A program made the translations under genes and the position numbers. A DNA stretch of 32,000 nt from the NCBI GenBank assembly GCA_963718915.1, contig CAVRAI010000009.1, forward strand, positions 290,589 to 322,588, in the 5' to 3' direction. Under the pieces are notes generated by a model. That model did not search any database. It worked only from the letters and a program-made list of their open reading frames with translations, and was not told the DNA's origin. How positions within the stretch are numbered: the stretch's first letter is position 1; the number at the start of each line of letters is the position of its first letter. Shown piece by piece: positions 25,161-32,000 of the stretch. This DNA is from an uncultured Chloroflexia bacterium (lineage in GTDB: Bacteria; Chloroflexota; Ktedonobacteria; Ktedonobacterales; JADMIN01).

Positions 25161-25763
25161 TTATCCCTCCTTCGTTGTCGGTGCGGCCACCTGATACGTC
25201 GCAATCACCACGCCCGTGGTGGTCGTCACCGTGTTGGTCAGCCGCAGTGTGGCGAACGCGCCGCCATCGGCGAAGAGACGACGGCCTGACCCGAGCACTA
25301 GTGGGTGAATCAAGAGGGTGAACTGGTCGATGAGATTGTGCCGCATCAACGACTGGATCAACTCGCCGCTGCCCAGAATCACGATATCCGCCCCCGGCTG
25401 TTGCTTCAGGTCGGCTACCGCCCCTGCGACGTCACCTTTGAGCAGCGTCGAGTTCTGCCACGGCAGCGGCTCTGTCAACGTCGTGGAGGCGACGTACTTC
25501 TGCGCGTTGTTGAGCACCTCGGTGAACGGGTTGTCGGTGCGGTTGGGCCAGACGGCGTAGAAGTCCTCGTAGGTCCGCCGCCCAAGGAGCAGCGCGCCGC
25601 TGGTGGCCATTCCCTCGCCCATCGCGCGACCCATGACCGCATCGTTATACGGCAACGCCCAGCCGCCGTGTGTGAAGCCGCCGCGACGATCCTCGTCGGG
25701 CCGTCCCGGCGCCTGCATCACGCCATCCAATGTCACATTATTTACGACAATGACTTTGCTCAT
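25161..25763 (-). CDS. Dihydrofolate-reductase-like protein (RibD C-terminal domain family)
   Basis: MSKVIVVNNVTLDGVMQAPG...LLLGRRTYEDF...YVASTTL...IVILGSGELIQSL fits RibD_C. Start at ATG 25763. The stop is 2 nt before the next ATG. Confidence 0.85.
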   Translation of the reverse strand: MSKVIVVNNVTLDGVMQAPGRPDEDRRGGFTHGGWALPYNDAVMGRAMGEGMATSGALLLGRRTYEDFYAVWPNRTDNPFTEVLNNAQKYVASTTLTEPLPWQNSTLLKGDVAGAVADLKQQPGADIVILGSGELIQSLMRHNLIDQFTLLIHPLVLGSGRRLFADGGAFATLRLTNTVTTTTGVVIATYQVAAPTTKEG

Positions 25764-25898
25764 GGAAAGCGCCTTTCTACTGAGCGCGCCTGCAACATTT
25801 CGCGCTCCACCGATGCCCATCTGGTGCTATCCGCTCATTGAGCGCCATGCGCATCGAGCACGGCTTCTTCCATCTTGCGCTTTTCAGATACCGCTCGC

Positions 25899-26156
25899 TC
25901 AGAGGTACACTTCATCCACATAGCACCAGCGCCAGTCTTCGCCCGGCTGGAACGACTGGATGATAGGATGGCCAGTCGCGTGGAAGTGTTTGGTGGCGTG
26001 CCGGTTCTTCGAGTTGTCGCAACAGCCGATGTGACCGCAGATCAGGCACTCGCGCAGGTGAACCCAGGTGTCGCCCATCTCCAGGCACTCCTTGCAGCCG
26101 TCGCCGCTGGGCGTCACGTCGCGAATCTCGTCCAGGTGCGTGCAATCCGTAGCCAT
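25899..26156 (-). CDS. UBP-type zinc-finger protein (small, Cys/His-rich)
   Basis: CTHLDEI...CKECLEMGDTWVHLRECLICGHIGCCDNSKNRHATKHFHATGHP matches the zf-UBP pattern. AAGGAG lies 6 nt upstream of ATG 26156. Confidence 0.8.
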   Translation of the reverse strand: MATDCTHLDEIRDVTPSGDGCKECLEMGDTWVHLRECLICGHIGCCDNSKNRHATKHFHATGHPIIQSFQPGEDWRWCYVDEVYL

Positions 26157-26231
26157 GCGATTCTCCTTGCGAATATGTTGCTGTGTGTCATACCTCATGC
26201 GAATATGATAGCCCACCGGGTCTGCTGGCTC

Positions 26232-28069
26232 TCACCGGTTGCGAAGCTGCGCCTCCACCCGCGCCCAGAAGGCTGCGAGCGGCTCGCGGGCATCCTCAAA
26301 CGAGCCATCGATGACGAGCAGGAAGCAGGAACGCCCGGCCTCCATCATCGCCTGCCAGGTGCTCACCGCCTGTGCGTGGAGGAACGCACTGGTGTAGCTT
26401 CCCAGCAGACACACCTCCGTCTCCCGCGCGACGAGCCGCAGACTCACGAGATTGGGTGGTCCATCCATCTCGCTCTGCTCCGTCGAATGATAGGCGGCGG
26501 GCGCCTGCCGCACCTTCACCGGTATCCCGAGCAGCGTATTCCCGATGGCGCGCGCACGCTGGGCAAGGACGTTGAACACGCCCGCTCTCGCCTCGCCATT
26601 GATCGTCACATCCAGATAGCCCAGCGGTAATCCCTGGGAGCGCCGCTCTGCCGAGACAGCAACCGCCAGCGCCCGCGCGAAGACGTATGCTGGTTGAGAC
26701 GTGGCAGCATCTGGCTCCGATACGACGCCCCCGGCGGGAGCCAGCAGCGTCAGGATGCCTTCGTGCCAGGCTGGCTGCCAGTTCGAGGCGACGCTCAGCG
26801 GATCCGGCTGCTCGCGTAATGCGCGCGCCCGCGCCTTGTAGTTTTCGACGGCGGGCTGTCCGGCGAACTGAATCCGGTGCAGGTAGCCATAGAGCGCCAT
26901 GGTCAACTGCCAGCCGAGGAAGCCAGCGACGAGGGCTTCCAGCCGTTCGCGTGGCTCCGTACTCGCGAGCGCGGGCTGGAAGAGCACGAAGGGATCGCCC
27001 TGGCGCTTGGGCGCTTCGGTCACGACATCTACCCGCAGCATGCCACCCTCGTGATAGCCCGGCGCCGAGGCGTTTAGCGTCTGCTCGTCGAAGACGACGA
27101 TGCCCTTGCCGCCCTTGCCGAGGCTCTCCTCCATCAACTGCTCCAGCCAGGAGACGAAGATGCCCCAGCCTTCGGGCATGCTCACGAGCGCCCGGCAGAC
27201 GCCATCATTGCTGGCGGCGCTCAGCGCGGCGGCAAGCCGTACGAAGGGATGCTCCGCCGGGTGCGAGGTGGCCAGATCGAGGTCATACGCATCCCATGCG
27301 GCCCGCAGCACCGCCCGCAACTGTCCACGCTCGTCGGAAATGCCGGTCAGATAGAGCGCTGCCGGGAGCAGGAATACCCGCGTTCCAGGCGCGCTCATCC
27401 GCCCGCCCGTGCCGGTCCCGCCATCGAGTTGCAGCGGACGAGTCGGCGCATGATGCTCGCGCGCGAAGGCATCGAGGTAGGAGTCGGGGAGCGTCGTCAC
27501 CAGCAGATGGTTCGCCGGTCGCAGGCCCGCCTGTTCGAGCAGATCGGTGAACCAGGCCAGATGGGTAATCGGCTCCTCCGAGGTCATCCCCATCGCGACG
27601 CCAACCATCATCACGTCGCGCAGGAGTGTGTGGAGGAATGCGGCATCCGGCGGCCCAGACACAGGCGGCAGCGCAAGCCCCTTCGCCCCGGCAATCGCGC
27701 GGATGATCGCGTTGAGCGCGGCGGGATCGGTGCTATCCAGCGGATGAAGCGTGATAGCGTCTCCACATCCCGTCCCGCTGCCAAAGCCAAGATCGCAGAG
27801 CACCCGCACCGTCAGAACCGAGCCGCCCATGCCCGCCCAGATGATGTGGCGGATGCCAGCCCCCGAATGGCGCGCGCCTCAGCCTCCACCCCCTCCAGCA
27901 CATCTGGGTCGGCAAGCAGACGCGCAACCGCCTCGACCCAATCGAGCTTGAGCGCGCCGTTCTCGCTCCCCAGCGCCGCCATCAGACCATCACGCCGCCG
28001 CAACTGGCCGACCGCATCCTCGGCGATGAGTTGCTGTAGAGCGCGTTGCATCGCATATTCGCTCGCCAT
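26232..28069 (-). pseudogene. Phosphoglucose-isomerase-like (SIS-fold) protein, one frame break near the N-terminus
   Basis: The N-terminal 70 aa (MASEYAMQRALQQLIAEDAV...LDWVEAV...EAEARAIR) are in one frame. The remainder (GAGIRHIIWAGMGGSVLTVRVL ... YHSTEQSEMDGPPN ...) is in the 532-aa track ORF frame. The junction is at a C5 run, 27860-27864. AAGGTGG RBS before ATG 28069. Confidence 0.7.
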
Positions 28070-28108
28070 AGGGCAACGCCACCTTTCCACATATGCCTGA
28101 GCATCCGG

Positions 28109-29395
28109 TCACTGGCCGCGCAGGCGATACAGCACCTCGCCCGCGTGCGGCACGAGCAGGATACCCTCGGCCTCGCGCCCCTCCCACGCCGGGTCGATCG
28201 CGCGGTAGTCGGCGTAGCCCAGATTGACAGGCGGCAGCGCTCCTCCGGGATGCCCGTCGCCAGCGTGACCTGATGCGCGGCGTCTCGATGCCGCGTCGCC
28301 GCGTCGTAGCTGCCCGTGCCCTTTGACATGCGTGCTGTGCGCCAGAATGCCGCCCGGCATATCCTTGAAGCGCTCCCACTGCTCCAGGAAGTAGTCGCGC
28401 ACATGGTAGCCCACCTCGATCGATCAGCGCGCCATGGGTATAGGAAATCTCGGTCATGTGCGGCGCGTAGATGATCACCTCGCCGCCATCGGCGATCGCC
28501 GGCTCGGTCTTGTACATCGCCTTGGCCGCCGTCCACAGGTCGTCGTAGATGCCGCCGGGGCATCGAGAGCACGCGGCTGAAACGCGCGCGGCACGGTGAT
28601 GATATTCAGCTGCGCCGACAGATCGGCCGCGGCGCTCAAAGGCCTCCGCGTAGCGCGCCGATGTAGAGCCCGTGCAGCGCCTGCCCTGCAGCACCAGCGC
28701 CAGGCAGAGCGATCGGGCGTCGGCACGAACTCGGCGGCGCGATGAATCACGCGGCGCACGGGCGTATCCTTCACGCCGATGGTGCGCATGCTGGTCACCA
28801 GCGCGCCCAGCCAGTGGGTGAAGTTGATGATGTCTGGCCCGGCGATGCCAGGAAAGAGGTACTTCGCGCCGCCGGAGAAACCCGCCACTTCATGCGGAAA
28901 GACCGGCCCACAGATCAGCACGCGATCGTAGTCGAAGATCAGGCGGTTGAGCGTCACCGGCACCTCCTCGACGAGCAGCCCACCGGTCAGCGCGGCGGCC
29001 TCGTCCCGCGAGATCGATGCCGATGGTCGCGCAGCGCGTCGGGTCGTCCCAGTCGATGATTGAAGATGCGCGACTTTGGGGTAGCGTTCGGCGCGCTCGG
29101 CCGCCGTCACGCCCACCAGCGCGGTCGATCGCCTCTGGCGACATCGGCTGATGCGTGCCCAGCGCGATCAGATAGTCCAGCCGCGCGACGCGCGCGCCCA
29201 AGCTGCTCATACAGCAGGCGGAAGAGCAGCGGGATCGGCGCGGTGCGCGTGCCATCGGGGATGATGCACCAGCACGCGCTTGCCAGTCGCGGCAGCGGCT
29301 CGCACGCCTCGAACAACTCAGACGCGCGTGGCGAGCACGCTCGCGCGACCTCATCCGCGTGATTCCGTTGTCGTTGAGCCTGTTCCCAGCACCAT
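28109..29395 (-). pseudogene. LarA/DUF2088-family (nickel-pincer-cofactor racemase/epimerase-like) gene, heavily frame-broken
   Basis: Family blocks are scattered over all three minus frames: IIPDGTRTAPIPLLFRLLYEQLG, RLDYLIALGTHQPMSPEAI, LICGPVFPHEVAGFSGGAKYLFPGIAGPDIINFTHWLGAL, IYDDLWTAAKAMYKTEPAIADGGEVIIYAPH, GYHVRDYFLEQWERFKDMPGGILAHSTHVKG, NLGYADYRAIDPAWEGREAEGILLVPHAGEVLY. I count at least 15 frame changes by hand. AAGGAG RBS before ATG 29395. Confidence 0.75.
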
Positions 29396-29418
29396 GTCGA
29401 ACTGCTCCTTCCCCGCCG

Positions 29419-30257
29419 TTAGACGCCGCCGAACGCGGAGAAGCCGCCATCGACGGGAATCACCAGGCCCGTGACGAAAGCCGACGCCGGGCTCGACCAG
29501 CCAGAGCAGCGCGCCCACCAGATCATCCGGCTCGCCCAGGCGGCCCATCGGCGTGTGCGCCAGAATGGTCTGCGCCGCGCGGCGTCGGCGCGCCGCTCTC
29601 GGCGTCCGTCAGCAGATAGCGATTCTGCTCGGTCAGGAAGAAGCCCGGCGCGAGCGCATTGACGCGGAGGCGCGGGCCATATTCCTGCGCCAGTATCACC
29701 GCCAGCCACTGCGTGAAGTTGACGACCGCCGCCTTGGCCGCGCTGTAGGCCGGAATGCGCGTCAGCGGGCGCAGCGCCGCCATCGAGGCGATGTTGACGA
29801 TGCTGCCCTGCGCCACGGTCGGCCATGCCGCGCCCAAAGACCTGGCACGCCTGGAAGGTTCCGGTAAAGTTGGGCGCGAAGACCGCCTGCAGGCCGCTGG
29901 GTCCAGATCGAAGAAGCTCTGCTCGCCGCGTGGTCGCCGCCGGCGCATTGCCGCCCGCCGCATTGACCAGAACATCCACCGGCCCAAACGCGCGCGTGAC
30001 CTGCTCGCTGCGCGCTCGATGGCGGCGCGGTCCAACACGTCGCACGCAACGCCCATGGCTGAACCACCCTCCGCCCTGATGACTTCTGCCGCGGCATCCG
30101 CCGTTTCAACATGCCGCCCCAGAATGGCGACCTGTACGCCCGCCCGCGCGAGACCCAGCGCCATGGCGCGCCCCAACTCGCCGCTGCCGCCCGTGATGAC
30201 GGCGACGCGCCCACGCACGTCGAAGAGCGCCTGCCCGTCACGTTCCGCTTCTGGCAT
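29419..30257 (-). pseudogene. Short-chain dehydrogenase/reductase (sugar-acid/polyol oxidoreductase-like), frame-broken
   Basis: RVAVITGGSGELGRAMALGLARAG, VDVLVNAAGGN, SIVNIASMAAL...YSAAKAAVVNFTQWLA, MGRLGEPDDLVGALLWL and FVTGLVIPVDGGFSAFGGV are found in different minus frames. At least 6 frame changes. Confidence 0.75.
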
Positions 30258-30358
30258 GGTTCTACCTTCCGACACGGCTGCTCCGTTGAAGTTAGGAGCC
30301 ATCTCCAACTATTCTACATCGTGCAGTCGTGTCGGCGGCGCTTCGTGGATGGGGGAGG

Positions 30359-31530
30359 CTATCGCACGCCCAGCAGTAGCTCGATCACGAGCTGGTCAAG
30401 CGCCTCATACGGCTGGCCACGCGCTCCCAGCGCCTGCCGGTCGAAGACGCGCGCGCTGAGCGCCTGGGCCATCTCCCGCGAATACGGCTCCGTGGCAGCA
30501 TCCTGCGCGTGAATCTGGGTCAGCAGCGCCTGAATCTCGGCGTCCGCCGCGAACCGCGCTGGCCTTCTCCTTGAGGATCAGGTAGGTGCGCATGCAGCCG
30601 CGCGCGAAGTCCTTGACACCTTCGGCGTCCTCGGTGCGATAGGCGTGCGCGTCGAAGTGGCGCGCTGCCGTCGTAGCCGACGTCCTCGAGGAACTTCACC
30701 AGGAAGAAGCCGCTTGAGGATTGTGCGAGCCGAAGCGGAAGTCCTGATCGTAGCGGCCGAACGCCTGGTCGTTGAGGTCGATGTGGAAGAGCTTGCCCGC
30801 GTCCCACGCCTGGGCGACGGCGTGCATGAAGTTGAGGCCGGCCATGTGCTCGTGCGCGACCTCGGGGTTCACGCCCGACCATCTCGGGGTGGTCGAGCGT
30901 CTCGATGAAGCCGAGCATGCGCGCCGATGGTCGGCAGGTAGATGTCGCCGCGCGGCTCGTTGGGCTTGGCCTCCAGCGCGAACTGCAGGTCGTACTTCTG
31001 GTCGCGCACGTAGTCGCAGAGGAAGTTGAGCGCGTCGCGGAAGCGCTTCAGGCCTCGAGCGGGTTCTTGGCGGCGTCGGTCTCCGACGCCCTCGCGGCCG
31101 CCCCAGAAGACGTAGACCTTCGCGCCCAGCTCGACGCCCAGGTCGATGGCGCGCATCGTCTTCTGCAGCGCGTAGGCGCGCACCTGCGGCGTCGTTGGAG
31201 GTGAAGGCGCCGTCCTTGAACGCGGGGTCGGTGAAGAGGTTGGTCGTCGCCATCGGCACGACCAGGCCCGTCTCGCGCAGCGCCTTCTTGAAGTCGCGCA
31301 CGATGCTGGTCGCGCTCGGCGGGCGTGGCGTCGATCGGCACCAGGTCGTTGTCGTGGAAGTTGACGCCATAGGCGCCGACCTCGGCCAGCAGGTGGACGA
31401 TCTCGACCGGCGAACGCGGCGCGCGCACCGGCTCGCCGAAGGGGTCGCGCCCGGTGTTGCCGACGGTCCAGAGGCCGAAGGTGAACTTATCGGCCGGGGT
31501 AGGGATAAAATCGGTTTGCGTAATTGGCAT
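30359..31530 (-). pseudogene. xylA: Class I xylose isomerase, 10 frame breaks
   Basis: Blocks in order: [256 protein letters not shown]. Gene identity is high-confidence; whether it is a true pseudogene or an assembly error is open. Confidence 0.8.
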
Positions 31531-31599
31531 GAGTAACAAGCCTCCGTCCTATTGTATCATGCCCAGTTCGCATGGTCCGAAGGTCGTAGCTACCCATCA

Positions 31600-31635
31600 G
31601 CGCATGCCCACTGTACGTCGCGCATGCCCTCTGTA
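31600..31635. promoter_or_regulatory. Two 16-bp direct repeats GCGCATGCCCnCTGTA spaced 20 bp apart, upstream of xylA
   Basis: 31600-31615 and 31620-31635 match at 15 of 16 positions, 70-105 nt upstream of ATG 31530. Confidence 0.35.
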
Positions 31636-31951
31636 TTTTGCACTTTTGGCTCATGGCGGCTGTGGAGAGACTTGCTACGATGCACCCCATACCAGAACGG
31701 TTGGAACGTATGATGGGCACTTACCGCAATCTTCTGGAGGTGAGCCAATCCTGGCACAGATCTTGATCCTCATCACTGAATCATGCCGTTTCCATTGGGG
31801 TACTCGTGGGGAGTCGATACCAGTTCACCCGCTGAATACCCAATGGAGTTGGCAGAGAGGCCTGGTTGGGGGGATGATCGGGCTGAGCGACTGACGCCGT
31901 TCTGAACCAATGCCGGCCTCCTTTGATTCGCGGATGAGAGGGAGCACATAG

Positions 31952-32000
31952 ATGAAACGACCGCGCGGTGTGATTATCATCGGTTGCCTGCTGATTGTGC
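31952..32000 (+). CDS. 5' end of an unidentified gene encoding a signal-peptide/TM-like N-terminus (partial)
   Basis: GGGAG lies 7 nt upstream of ATG 31952, which reads MKRPRGVIIIGCLLIV and runs off the window. Confidence 0.4.
   Translation, partial: MKRPRGVIIIGCLLIV

Noticed and set aside
29351-29548. 65-aa minus-strand ORF listed in the track
   Set aside because: It is a chimera created by frame breaks. It begins with the C-terminal SDR fragment MGRLGEPDDLVGALLWLV, runs through the SDR-LarA spacer, and ends with the first 14 codons of the LarA-like gene.
27860-31305. Programmed ribosomal frameshifting or recoding as the explanation for the frame breaks
   Set aside because: There are more than 30 events in both directions, with no recurring slippery heptamer or downstream structure. 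They fall at arbitrary positions inside conserved domains. No known recoding mechanism works at this density.
31551-31559. Extended -10 promoter (TGATACAAT on the minus strand) for xylA
   Set aside because: The predicted TSS would fall on or inside the GGAGG ribosome-binding site (31541-31545), leaving no usable leader. There is also no credible -35.
31868-31920. Possible TPP riboswitch (gggCTGAGcga...ACgCC..TTcTGAACC.ATGCC.GC) upstream of the last gene
   Set aside because: The match to the remembered consensus is only partial. CUGAGA is altered, the ACCUGAUCUGGAUAAUGCCAGCG arm is truncated, and I could not build the P2/P3 and P4/P5 helices. The downstream gene gives no thiamine link.
1-32000. 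Scan for CRISPR arrays, tRNA/rRNA genes, integrases or transposases, toxin-antitoxin pairs, and defence-system hallmarks (nucleases, helicases, reverse transcriptases)
   Set aside because: I saw no regularly spaced repeats of 25-40 bp, no T-loop/anticodon-arm-like sequences in intergenic regions, and no ORF with such domain signatures. The window looks like core and accessory metabolism.

Overview
GC-rich bacterial chromosomal segment with tightly packed genes, most led by a Shine-Dalgarno site. The lineage is only a guess: a thermophile-like Terrabacteria group (Chloroflexota-, Deinococcota- or Actinomycetota-like). I saw no rRNA, tRNA, CRISPR array, transposase, integrase or phage gene. All frame reconstructions, counts and motif matches were done by hand or from memory; no searches were run.

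Gene content, left to right:
- A membrane-anchored hypothetical gene with one frame break.
- A minus-strand family-5 ABC importer (lipoprotein SBP plus two permeases, no ATPase genes in view).
- A CPA2/Kef-type antiporter with RCK domains, and a DinB/ClbS-like protein.
- A translationally coupled P450-TetR pair whose promoter carries a perfect palindrome.
- An alpha/beta hydrolase, an SDR and an MDR quinone oxidoreductase.
- An aromatic-acid locus: IclR regulator, PaaK-type CoA ligase and a three-subunit molybdenum enzyme in hcrC-A-B order. Its FAD subunit carries the Cys-rich loop typical of 4-hydroxybenzoyl-CoA reductase. An MFS transporter and a 4CL-type CoA ligase are divergently transcribed.
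- An EamA transporter gene with two frame breaks, followed by an unannotated 38-aa single-TM peptide ORF.
- PPOX-family, RibD_C/DHFR-like and UBP-zinc-finger proteins.
- A co-oriented carbohydrate cluster: PGI-like, LarA/DUF2088-like, SDR and class I xylose isomerase.

Main observations from the hunt:
1. A sharply bounded 3.4-kb block (27860-31305) holds more than 30 single-base frame breaks while conserved motifs stay intact. This is either an unpolished assembly patch or a very recent loss of a sugar cluster.
2. The HcrCAB-like aryl-CoA locus and the xylA-SDR-LarA-like-PGI-like cluster are the best candidates for uncharacterised metabolism.
3. Intergenic regions contain nested, covarying palindromic elements, a 21-bp-phased heptamer array, a promoter placed for a leaderless IclR mRNA, and the small TM peptide.

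I could not identify a clearly novel system with confidence. Many long ORFs in the track are antisense shadows of real genes.
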